Source of the DNA: a virus
Taxonomy: Duplodnaviria > Caudoviricetes
DNA length: 38,725 bases
Reading direction: 5' to 3' (one strand)
IMG/VR virus record: IMGVR_UViG_3300044940_000463
Span: 1-38,725 of that record
The notes under the pieces were generated by a model. That model made no database searches, was not told where the DNA came from, and saw nothing but the letters and a program-made list of their open reading frames with translations. This document shows, in pieces, positions 27,180 to 36,700 of this stretch. Both the position numbers and the translations under genes were made by a program. Position 1 is the stretch's first letter. Each line of letters opens with the position of its first letter.

Positions 27180-28284
27180 AGCTGGTAAGGTACTTAGTAA
27201 AATTAACCGAAACCAATTGATTACAGCATGGAGAGCATTTAAAGCTGTGTTTATAAATGCAGGTATTGATCCTGATGTTGATGAAACAGAGGGATCAAAT
27301 AATAATGAAATTGAAGTTAGCGATACAAAAGAAGCACTATACAATACTATGCTATTGGAGCCTTCTATTTTAAGTGATGTAACTCCTTTAGTTGAGGTGT
27401 GTGATCTTATTGAGGCGGATACAACTACAAATAGTCGCACCCAACGTATTAAAATTATTGCACCTGGTAAGGGTAGTTCAGGTTATTACCCCAAAGAGGT
27501 GTTGAAACGAGATGGGCCACGGGTATTTACTAAAGGTACCCAAATGTTTATTAATCATGATGGTAAATTGGATCTTGCTAATAGACCTGAAGGGGATTAC
27601 ACAAGGTTAGCGGCTGTGTTGACAACAGATGCTTATTTTGTTGAAGATGATCCAAATGGAGAAGGATTATATGCTGAAATGAAGGTATTCTCCGATCATG
27701 CACAAGCAATCCGTGAAAAAGCGCCGTACACGGGTTTGAGTATTAATGCTTTGGGTAAAATTGTATATAAAGATGTACCAGGATTAGGGAAACAACCAGT
27801 GGTTGAAGCAATTACTGCTGCTAAATCGATTGATTTTGTGACGAAAGCTGGGGCGGGTGGTAAAGTGGTAGTGCTAGAAGAAAGTGCTTCTACAATCCAG
27901 GAGCAGGCAAATATGAGTAATGAGCTACTAGAGCGTATTAAAGGGCAAGAGGAACAGATTGCAACATTGCGACAAGAACTTGCACGAGCTAAAGCTACAA
28001 CAATGGCATTTAATCTTATTGAAGCGTCAACGCTCCCTGCAGTAGCTAAGGTTAAGCTTAAGAATACAGTAACCCAGGGTACGGTACCGCTTACTGAAGC
28101 TGGTTTTTTTGATGAAGTAGCTTTTAAAGAAACTGTAGTGGGGGCTATTAAAGCTGAAACTGAGTACCTTACTCAATTGGGTACTGTTGGGGTACGCAAT
28201 ATGGGAAGTTTTTCTACGGTTAGTTCTACACCTAACACAGTTGAACTTGAAGAAAGTATTAGAACTATGATCAAAAATTTGTAG
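27166..28284 (+). CDS. Prohead protease / scaffold fusion
   Basis: GSSGYYPKEVL, FINH, GLSINA, IDFVTKAGAGG; C-terminal coiled coil. Confidence 0.8.
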   Translation: MQMTEAGKVLSKINRNQLITAWRAFKAVFINAGIDPDVDETEGSNNNEIEVSDTKEALYNTMLLEPSILSDVTPLVEVCDLIEADTTTNSRTQRIKIIAPGKGSSGYYPKEVLKRDGPRVFTKGTQMFINHDGKLDLANRPEGDYTRLAAVLTTDAYFVEDDPNGEGLYAEMKVFSDHAQAIREKAPYTGLSINALGKIVYKDVPGLGKQPVVEAITAAKSIDFVTKAGAGGKVVVLEESASTIQEQANMSNELLERIKGQEEQIATLRQELARAKATTMAFNLIEASTLPAVAKVKLKNTVTQGTVPLTEAGFFDEVAFKETVVGAIKAETEYLTQLGTVGVRNMGSFSTVSSTPNTVELEESIRTMIKNL

Positions 28285-28308
28285 TTAATTGTAAAGGAGT
28301 TCTAATTT

Positions 28309-28668
28309 ATGGCTAATAATATGCGACGTGAAGATAGTACACAACTTAGTGTAGTTTGTACTGCTCCGGTTACTCCTAACAGTGGCGATCCTGTGCTATA
28401 CGGTCAACGTCCAGGAGTTGCTCTTACTGATGAGCGCTCAGATGGTACTACTACAGTTAAATTTGATGGAGTGTTTAATCTTGAAGTAGTAGCAGTTGAC
28501 GGTGGGGGAAATAGCGCAGTGGTAGCGGGTGATGTTCTCTATTATAATGCAGGAGTAATTAATAAAAATACAAATGGAGTTAGATTTGGTTATGCAGGAG
28601 ATGGTACAGGTGGTACACTTATAGTTGCAGGAAATACGGCTATTATTCCAGTTACTGTAGGGTATTAA
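28309..28668 (+). CDS. Capsid cement/decoration protein (DUF2190-like)
   Basis: SGDPVLYG...GVALTD...GVFNL...GDVLYY. Confidence 0.8.
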   Translation: MANNMRREDSTQLSVVCTAPVTPNSGDPVLYGQRPGVALTDERSDGTTTVKFDGVFNLEVVAVDGGGNSAVVAGDVLYYNAGVINKNTNGVRFGYAGDGTGGTLIVAGNTAIIPVTVGY

Positions 28669-28716
28669 CTGTACGTCTGTGCAATTTGATTTTTATTTAA
28701 GGAGTTAAAAATAATT

Positions 28717-29886
28717 ATGGAAGATTTTGTTCCTTCTGTTCGCTCTTATGAAGAAGTACTAAATGAAGTACAAATTGAATTAACTAGAAAAAAAGGTCGC
28801 AAAGGGAACGCTCAGTATCTTGTTCGACTAAATGAAGCAGTTATGTTTCTTAAATCGGTTTATGATGGACAAGTACCAGTAAGCCGATTTATGGAAGCTA
28901 TGTCAACGAGTGACTTTCCAATTTTGTTTGGGGATATTCTTGATCGTCAATTGCTTGATGCTTATGCTGAAACCCCGACAAGTTGGGCACAATATATTAA
29001 TCGGGGCACAGTTCGGGATTTTCGTCAAGCTAGGCGAATTGCGCTTGATGGTTTGGAAACTCCGTTTTTCCCTCAATGGCGCAAAGCTGAGCTTGAAAAT
29101 GTGAAAGAAGATAATGACCTAACAGAAACCCCTTATACCACACAAGTGGAAATTTATGAGAAGGGTTTTACGTTTAATTGGCGTATGATGGTAAATGACG
29201 ATCTTGATGCTTTTAGAAATTTGCCTCAACGCCTAGCTCGTGGCGCTCGTCGTACTGAGCAACGTTTTGCTAGTAGTCTATATCAGAATAGTGCAGGATT
29301 TAACACTACATTTTTTAGTAATGCCAATCGTAATATTGTAAATGTAACAAACGGGGCAACGAGTAATAACCCGCCCCTAAGTATTCAAGGTTTGCGAGAC
29401 GCTTTTAATGTGATGTACCGTCAAGTTGACACAGGGGGTGATCCGATTTTTGTTGATGGGGCTGTGCTTGTTGTACCACCCACGCTTCAGATTACTGCTA
29501 CAGAGATCCTTAAGGCAGTTAATCTAGAGATTACGCCTTCAGGTTCCTCTACGACAATGTTTACGGGTAATTGGATTGGAGAGCGCTTGAGCGTAGCTGT
29601 GGATTGGTATGCACCTATAATTAACACTACATCGGGGCACACAACGTGGTATCTTTTTGTTGCTCCAAATACAGGGCGCCCTGCTGCTGAGATTACATTT
29701 TTGCGTGGGTATGAAGCTCCTATGCTATTGCAGAAAGCCCCGAACACACAGCGAGTTGGGGGTACTGTTGATCCTATGCTAGGAGATTTTGAAGATATGA
29801 GTTGGAGATATAAAGGAATACACATTATTGGGGGTACCTTGCTTGATCCAAAAAGTGCTGTAGTTTCAAATGGTACGGGTGTTTAA
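28717..29886 (+). CDS. Major capsid protein (Mu gpT-like)
   Basis: STSDFPIL, VRDFR, MVNDDLDAF, LVVPP; strong SD. Confidence 0.9.
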   Translation: MEDFVPSVRSYEEVLNEVQIELTRKKGRKGNAQYLVRLNEAVMFLKSVYDGQVPVSRFMEAMSTSDFPILFGDILDRQLLDAYAETPTSWAQYINRGTVRDFRQARRIALDGLETPFFPQWRKAELENVKEDNDLTETPYTTQVEIYEKGFTFNWRMMVNDDLDAFRNLPQRLARGARRTEQRFASSLYQNSAGFNTTFFSNANRNIVNVTNGATSNNPPLSIQGLRDAFNVMYRQVDTGGDPIFVDGAVLVVPPTLQITATEILKAVNLEITPSGSSTTMFTGNWIGERLSVAVDWYAPIINTTSGHTTWYLFVAPNTGRPAAEITFLRGYEAPMLLQKAPNTQRVGGTVDPMLGDFEDMSWRYKGIHIIGGTLLDPKSAVVSNGTGV

Positions 29887-29913
29887 GTTAAATAAGAATT
29901 GAGAGATATTCTT

Positions 29914-30111
29914 ATGGCTGAAGAGCAATCCCGTATCAGTTATGTATCTACACAACTTCCATCACCTATAAATGGTACAGAAACTTATTTACAAGCTGTT
30001 TTAGCTGAACTACAATTAATTAATCAATACCTAAAAACACAAATTATGATTATTGAAAAGCTAGTAAAAGCTATAGAAATTTTAGAAAAAACAAGTAAGG
30101 TTAAAAAATAA
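29914..30111 (+). CDS. Small hypothetical protein
   Basis: ORF between capsid and adaptor genes. Confidence 0.55.
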   Translation: MAEEQSRISYVSTQLPSPINGTETYLQAVLAELQLINQYLKTQIMIIEKLVKAIEILEKTSKVKK

Positions 30112-30497
30112 TGAGCTTTGAGACTGATCCTACAACAGTTATTGGAATGATACGGCTTAAGATTGCTGATCTTAATCCGCAAAATCCTATATTTACTGAT
30201 ACTCAGTTAAATGCATTTTATTTAAATGAGGGTTTGAATATTAAACGTGCAAGCGCTGCAGCATTAGAAGCGATAGCTGTTAATGAAATACTTGTTTTAA
30301 AGGTAATTAAAAATCTTCAATTAAGTACTGATGGGGCTAGAGTAGGGGAGACACTTTTAAAGACTGCTGAGCATTTACGCGCTCAAGCTGCTTTTGATGA
30401 AGATGCTCAGGGTGGGTTTTTCGATATAGCAGAACAAGTTTTTGATCCGTTTACTTTTCGTGAACGTGTTCAAAAACAAAAAGCACGTCAAGTATAA
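30111..30497 (+). CDS. Head-tail adaptor
   Basis: IRLKIAD...FTDTQL...ASAAALEAIA; position. Confidence 0.7.
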   Translation: MSFETDPTTVIGMIRLKIADLNPQNPIFTDTQLNAFYLNEGLNIKRASAAALEAIAVNEILVLKVIKNLQLSTDGARVGETLLKTAEHLRAQAAFDEDAQGGFFDIAEQVFDPFTFRERVQKQKARQV

Positions 30498-30877
30498 TGC
30501 CATTTGCTAATGCCAGATTAATTAATTCGGAAATAGTATCAAGCATACCATTTCACTTTAATAGTTTAGCTCAATTATATCGTGCTGAAATTACGTTAAA
30601 TAATTATAATGAGCCTATTACAACTTATGTACAGTATAATATAGCGCCTATTCGCTGCTATATTGAACCAAAAACAGATAGTGAAGAAATTAGACGCCCT
30701 GATCAAACTATTGTAACTGAACCATTTACTGTTAGTTTACAAGGTTATTTTCCTAATATTAATTTAACGGATATTCTTGTAATTAATTTTCTAACGTATA
30801 ATATATTAGGTATTGTACATGATGATCATAAAACTTTGACTTATCTTACAGTGGAGATAAATCGTGAAGGGAGTTAA
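30497..30877 (+). CDS. Head closure protein
   Basis: Beta-rich 126 aa; synteny. Confidence 0.65.
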   Translation: MPFANARLINSEIVSSIPFHFNSLAQLYRAEITLNNYNEPITTYVQYNIAPIRCYIEPKTDSEEIRRPDQTIVTEPFTVSLQGYFPNINLTDILVINFLTYNILGIVHDDHKTLTYLTVEINREGS

Positions 30878-31253
30878 GGGTATTGAAGAATTAAATCATA
30901 AATTAAATGCTTTACGAGGTATTGCTCAAGGCAATCCTATTCAAGAGGCTGTTAAAGCTGGTTGTTTGATCATTCAGTTACCTGCTATTCGAAAAGCGCC
31001 GTATCGTAGCGGTACTTTGCGACGATCTATAACTATTGAAGTACAGACAAAAGATAATATTGTTATTGGAAAAATAGGCACTAATGTAGAGTATGCTCCT
31101 AGACTTGAGTTTGGTTTTGCTGGTACTGATAAATTAGGTCGTACATATAATCAGGCAGCTAAACCGTTTCTACGCCCTGCTTTTGATAACTATAAGCAAG
31201 CAGCATTAAATGAAATTAGTGATATACTTTCGGGGCTTATTAAAAATGTATGA
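30864..31253 (+). CDS. HK97 gp10-like neck protein
   Basis: APYRSGTLRRSI, YAPRLEFG, AKPFLRPAFD. Confidence 0.88.
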   Translation: MKGVKGIEELNHKLNALRGIAQGNPIQEAVKAGCLIIQLPAIRKAPYRSGTLRRSITIEVQTKDNIVIGKIGTNVEYAPRLEFGFAGTDKLGRTYNQAAKPFLRPAFDNYKQAALNEISDILSGLIKNV

Positions 31254-31660
31254 GTAATTATGCCTTAGCCTTTGTAGAGTATATAAATACAAGTTCTATT
31301 GTTAATTTTAATAATCGTTTTTATCCACTTACTTTACCGCAAAATCCTGTCTATCCCTGTGCAGTATATCAATCCATAAGCGCAATTGATATTGAAAGCA
31401 TGCGGGGATACAGTGGGCTAACTATTCGGCGACTTCAGGTAACAATATTTGATAGTAGTTATAGTCGATTAATGCTGATAGGTAATGAATTTAAACATGC
31501 TGTGCGTTATTACACAGCTAGAAAATATGAGTTTAATAATGGGTTTATATTAGGTGTAAGAATTGATCGAATGAGTATTATAAATGATATAGAAATTAAA
31601 GAACCTTCTACGAATGTTTTTACCCGTATCCTTGATGTGGAGATTGCATATGCTGAATAG
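31250..31660 (+). CDS. Tail terminator (DUF3168-like)
   Basis: RFYPLTLPQ...YPCAVYQSIS...RLQVTIF. Confidence 0.75.
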   Translation: MSNYALAFVEYINTSSIVNFNNRFYPLTLPQNPVYPCAVYQSISAIDIESMRGYSGLTIRRLQVTIFDSSYSRLMLIGNEFKHAVRYYTARKYEFNNGFILGVRIDRMSIINDIEIKEPSTNVFTRILDVEIAYAE

Positions 31661-31778
31661 TAATAAAAATTTTCTTTTTTATAGAGCAAAACAGCCCCCA
31701 TAATTTTTGTGCATTTTTAATTTTACTTTAAAGTTATTTTAGAAGAAAGTATTTATACACACAAAAGGAGTTTGTCTT

Positions 31779-32141
31779 ATGTCGCGCACTCCCATTACTC
31801 CGATCATTCCTGTCGGGCCTTATCCTGTGCTGCCTGTAGCAGCTAATTCACTTGATTTTACATGGACTGCTGCTGATCCTGTTAATCTAAATGCAGTCAC
31901 ATTTGGAGCAACTAATCGATTGCTAGTTCTTGTAAATAATACTAGTCCATCAGCACAAACATTTACAATTTCCAGTGTTCGGGATCAATTTAATCGCACC
32001 GGTGATATTACTAACTATTCTCTAGGTAGTGGCGAATTTGCTGTTTTTGAGGTGCAACGTCCAGGTTGGTTTCAATCTGATGGTAATCTTTATCTTAGTG
32101 CAAACTCTAATACTGTACGTTTTGCTGTGTTTACACTTTAA
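31779..32141 (+). CDS. Virion structural protein (beta-sandwich, possible tail decoration)
   Basis: Strong SD, beta-rich, immediately before the tail tube gene. Confidence 0.5.
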   Translation: MSRTPITPIIPVGPYPVLPVAANSLDFTWTAADPVNLNAVTFGATNRLLVLVNNTSPSAQTFTISSVRDQFNRTGDITNYSLGSGEFAVFEVQRPGWFQSDGNLYLSANSNTVRFAVFTL

Positions 32142-32178
32142 TTTTGTGAACTGATCTAATTGCAAGGAGCATATTACA

Positions 32179-32595
32179 ATGACAATCGGTTCACCTGCAA
32201 CAATTGGTTATGGCACTTTGCTTATGCGTAAGGGAGTTGCTGTAGCTGAAGTTAAAGATATAAGTGGCCCAAATCTAACTCGTACTGCAATTGATGTTAC
32301 ACATCAACAATCTCCAGGGCGTTGGACACAAATGATTAAAGGTCTAAAAACGCCCGGTGAAGTTACGTTTGATATTAACTATTTGCCTAGTGATGCTTCT
32401 CATAATGCTGCTACAGGTATTTTGAGTGATTTTGCAGTGGATAATGTAATCGATCCGTGGTCTATTGTGTTTCCTGATGGAACAGTATGGACGTTCCCAG
32501 CTTTTGTAAGTGAATTTACCCCTAATGCACCTGTAAATGATGTTTTTACAGCTTCAGTTACACTTACGATTGCCGGGCAACCAACACTAGCGTAA
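32179..32595 (+). CDS. Tail tube protein
   Basis: IDVTH...GLKTPGEVTFDINY...FPAFV...TLTIAGQP. Confidence 0.88.
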   Translation: MTIGSPATIGYGTLLMRKGVAVAEVKDISGPNLTRTAIDVTHQQSPGRWTQMIKGLKTPGEVTFDINYLPSDASHNAATGILSDFAVDNVIDPWSIVFPDGTVWTFPAFVSEFTPNAPVNDVFTASVTLTIAGQPTLA

Positions 32596-32656
32596 GTTTG
32601 TAGGGCTAACTACTTTTTCTATATACTAGCCTTAGATTATTTATTAGGAAAAATAT

Positions 32657-33136
32657 ATGGAATACGATCCTAATATGAAGTTTAGTTCAAATGAAATTTC
32701 GGCTGATGATCCCACACCTAAGCGGATTGTACTTAAGCGTAGTGATTTTAATAAAATTGCTGAGCTTAAAAATGATCTACCGGTGTCTTATGTGCATACT
32801 CCTGAGTGGGGGATTGCGTTAGAAATTGATCCTGCGCAGTGTTATGTGTGTATTCGTAGTCTAACAGGTGCAGAGAGAGATGCATATGAAAGTAGTTTGT
32901 TGGTAGGAAAAGGTCGTAATCGTCAAATGAATTTTAATAATGCACGCGCTAAACTTGTTGCATTGACGATGATCGATCCCGATACACATGAACGCCTTTT
33001 TGCGGATCACGAGGTAGCTCAACTAGGTCAAAGAAGTGCTGCTGCTCTAGATCGTGTTTGGAATGCTAGTCGAAAACTGAGCGGTTTGAGTGAAGAAGAT
33101 GTAGAGGATCTTGTAGGTGAACTAAAAAACGAGTAG
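32657..33136 (+). CDS. Tail assembly chaperone (gpG-like)
   Basis: IRSLTGAERDAYE...RKLSGL; ends at the slippery site. Confidence 0.85.
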   Translation: MEYDPNMKFSSNEISADDPTPKRIVLKRSDFNKIAELKNDLPVSYVHTPEWGIALEIDPAQCYVCIRSLTGAERDAYESSLLVGKGRNRQMNFNNARAKLVALTMIDPDTHERLFADHEVAQLGQRSAAALDRVWNASRKLSGLSEEDVEDLVGELKNE

Positions 33137-33165
33137 AGCGGTTATACTGGTTTCGGTTAACCGCT
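33124..33165 (+). other. Programmed -1 frameshift signal
   Basis: A AAA AAC at 33124-33130, a 6-nt spacer, then stem AGCGGTTA/TAACCGCT. Confidence 0.85.
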
Positions 33166-33474
33166 TTACTAGGTCATAAATCAGTACGAGAGTGTCAACA
33201 GGCAATCTCTAGCTTAGAGTTTGCACAGTGGTTGGCTTATTTCAGATTAGAGCCTCAGGGATCTATGCGAGAGGATTATAGATCAGGGATAATTGCTGCT
33301 ATTCTGGCTAATGTTAATCGAAAAAAAGGTACTAAAGTTGTTAATTGGTACGATTTTTACCCGGAATATCGCTTAGAACCTGAGGAAAAAACGTGGCAAG
33401 AACTGTTGGTTGTCGTTGAAGGTATTAACAGTGCGCTAGGGGGGAAAGATTTACGTAAAGAAAAAAGGGGTTAG
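33130..33474 (+). CDS. Frameshifted chaperone extension (gpT-like)
   Basis: The -1 frame is open: RVERLYWFRLTALLGHKSVRECQQAISSLEFAQWLAYFRLEP... Confidence 0.8.
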   Translation, partial: RVERLYWFRLTALLGHKSVRECQQAISSLEFAQWLAYFRLEPQGSMREDYRSGIIAAILANVNRKKGTKVVNWYDFYPEYRLEPEEKTWQELLVVVEGINSALGGKDLRKEKRG

Positions 33475-33500
33475 CTGTATGCTAACCCCTTTTTTCTTTA
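33456..33500. terminator. Bidirectional intrinsic terminator
   Basis: Perfect 20-bp IR TAAAGAAAAAAGGGGTTAGC-TGTAT-GCTAACCCCTTTTTTCTTTA. Confidence 0.9.
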
Positions 33501-33695
33501 ATTAGCTTTACGGCCTTTTAGTCGATACATATCTCCATTAACTTCAACAAATGGAATTTCTTTTAATGCGCGCTTCATTTGTTTACGGCTTAGAACTTCT
33601 CCATTTTTGTCATAAATCCACAAATCCTGAATACGCTTAAACTTATTTCCCGGATACCCACGAATGTGGTCGGCTACGATCTGTTTGATTGTCAT
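33498..33695 (-). CDS. Antisense moron 2, small basic 65-aa protein
   Basis: AAGGAG SD; own promoter and terminator. Confidence 0.8.
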   Translation of the reverse strand: MTIKQIVADHIRGYPGNKFKRIQDLWIYDKNGEVLSRKQMKRALKEIPFVEVNGDMYRLKGRKAN

Positions 33696-33734
33696 TGTTT
33701 TAACTCCTTGTGTGCTATTGGCTAACTTGAGGTT

Positions 33735-33763
33735 AGTATAGCATAGCTTTTGAAGATTGTCAA
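33735..33763 (-). promoter_or_regulatory. Sigma70 promoter with extended -10
   Basis: TTGACA-N17-TATACT. Confidence 0.9.
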
Positions 33764-33769
33764 TACCCT

Positions 33770-36700
33770 ATGGCATCATTAGCTAAACTAGTTGTTGATC
33801 TTGAAGTTAATGTTAATCAGTATCTTAGCGGCTTAAATGAAGCTGCTAAAAAAACTGATGAATTTGGGGTAATGGCTGAAACAAAATTAGCTGGCTTAGC
33901 TGCTAGTGGCGTAGCAGGTTTAGGTGCAGCATTTATGGCTGTAGGGGGTACAGCTTTTAATTTTGCACAAGAGGTTAAACAGGCTACAAATGATATTCAA
34001 GCTGGGTTAGGTTTAACAGCAGATGAAGCTCAAAAATTAGGCTTAGTAGCTAAAGATGTTTTTGGGAATAATTTCGGCGAAAGCATGGAAGAAGTAGCAG
34101 GAGCTATTGTTTCTATTCAAGCAGCATTTAATCGTTTGAGAGTAGATGCAGGAGAGAATATACAAAGTGCCGTCGAAAGTGCTTTTGCTCTTCAAGATGT
34201 TTTTGGAATTGATGTAGCTGAAAGTGCTGATGCTGCTGCAGCACTTATGGCTAATTTTGGGTTAAGTGCACAACAAGCTTTTGATTTTATTACCAAAGGT
34301 GCGCAAGAAGGTTTAAATGCAAGCGATGATCTTATCGATACAATTAGAGAATATACTAATCTTTTTGGTATGCAAGGTCATAGCGCTGAGCAATTTTATA
34401 GTATTTTAAAAACTGGATCTGCTTCAGGTATTTTAGGTACTGATAAAGTAGCAGATGCTTTTAAAGAAAGTGGTATACGCATTCTTGAAATGACTGATGA
34501 AATTATGGAAGCGTATACCAATATTGGTAACGCTAGTTTCGGAGCTGATCTAGCTGCACAATTTGGACAAGTAGGCGATTTTTTGATCACTACTCAAGCT
34601 GAAGCTGAAGCAGCAGCAAGAGCATTAGCGGAAATGGGGATTAATGTTAGTGTTGAAGATCTTCTAATTCCTATCCAAACCTTAAATGAGGAAACCGGTG
34701 AATTAACGTTAAGTGCTCAAAATTTTGGTACTGTGTTTGCTTCTCAAGTGTTAGAGGGTGTTACTGATGGTAGCTTAACTATCGCTGATGCTCAAGCCTT
34801 AGCCCTCAAAGGGCTTAAGGAAATGGAAAATCAGGTATATGCTAATAGTGCAGGAGTTGCTCTTTTTGGTACGATGTGGGAAGATCTAGGCACACAAGTT
34901 ATGGTAGCTATCGATAATACTACTACTAACTTAAGTGACCTAGAAGGAGCTACTGATAGTTTAAATGTTAAATATGATAATTTAGGGGCTGTATTCAGTG
35001 GGGTATGGCGTCAAGGTTTGATTGCCTTAGAACCTGTAGGTGTTGTGCTATTAAATCTTGCTAATCAGATTGCCCCTAGTATTATTAATGTTATGAGTTT
35101 AGTTGGGCCTGCTATTGCAGCAGCTTTTAATTGGATTTTAAACAATGGCCCAACTGTTGTACCGATCCTAGCCGGTATTGGAGCAATAATTATAGCGGCT
35201 GTTGTACCTGCATTTATAACATGGGCTACAGTCGCATCTGCAGCAGGTGCGGCAACATTAGTAGCTATAGCTCCACTTATACCGCCTATTTTAGCTATTG
35301 GGGCAATAGTAGCGGTTTTAACTGCTATATGGGTAAATAATTGGGGAGATATTCAAGGAAAAACATCTGCTGTTATTGAAGCTATTGTCGCATGGTTTAA
35401 AGATTTTCAAAAAGGTTTAGCTCTTGTTCAAAGTTGGGTTACACAAGCAGCTACATTTGTTGTAACTAAATTTGAAGAATTGCGCACAGGAGCTATTAAT
35501 CCCATTGAGGCTGTGCGTAACTTTTTAATGGAAGTTTGGGAAGCGATCTACAGTAACACAGTAGGAAAAGTTACTGAAATGATCGCACATGTAATTAATC
35601 AATTTGCAAAAACGCATCCTGAAACCATTGGTAAGCTTCAAGCTGTATACAATGATGCAATTGCTATTTGGAGTGAATTAAGTAATAGAATAAAGAGTTT
35701 TACATCTGCTTTATGGGATAATATACAAAGTCGGTTTAATGCGGGAAAAACAGTATTAATTGCTATTGTTAATTTTATTAATATAGGAATTATAAATGCT
35801 TTTAATAATTTAATTGCTCCAGTTATTTCAGCGCTTAGCCGGGTATATACTTCGGTTGAAAGTAAGTTTAATGAAGCAAAAACAGTAGCACTTGCTAAAT
35901 TAACTGAATTAGTCTCAGGAATAGCTAACTTAGCAAGCTCTTTTAGTTCAAAAGCGGCGGAAATTGGTAACGCTATTATTGACGGCCTGAAAAAAGCTAT
36001 TTCTAACGGTGCAGCTAGTGTGCTAAACGCTTTAGCTGATATAGCTAAAGGGGCTTTACAAGCTGCTAAAAATGCGTTGGGAATTAGTTCGCCTTCTAAA
36101 GAATTTATTTATGTAGCTCAAATGATTATCAGTGGTTTACTGCATGTTCAAGAATTTGCTCCTGAGTTTCAAAATGCTTTAGTTGAGGTAATTACTATTG
36201 GACTAGATAAGGCAACAGATACTGCTTTAATTAGTTTATCAAGACTAAATAATGCAGTAGGAGAAGGTATTAAGCAAGTAGTAGATACATTTAAAAAGTT
36301 AAGATTTGATGAATTAACAGGAGCTAAGGATTTAGTACGCTCTAAAATTAATGTACAAAATATTTTAGATGATTTTGATCAATCTATTAATTTAATTAAT
36401 CTTGAAGCAAAATTTGCAGAATTAAGCGCACAATATGAAAGTACGGTTAATAAAGCTAATGCTGAAAGAGCTATTATAGCTCAACTTCAGGCTGTTGAAG
36501 ATCTTAATACAAAAGTTAGACAGCAAGAAGCATTAGTAGGCAAACTCCCTCAAGCTTCTAAAGAACAAGAGAAAGCACTTAAAGATCTGTATGTATTGTG
36601 GGAAGAGCAAGAACGTTTGATTGCTTCTTTACCAACAAATATCGGTTCTATTGCCGATGCTGAAAAACGTTTAAGCACTATTCTCAAAGAGCAGGAAAGT

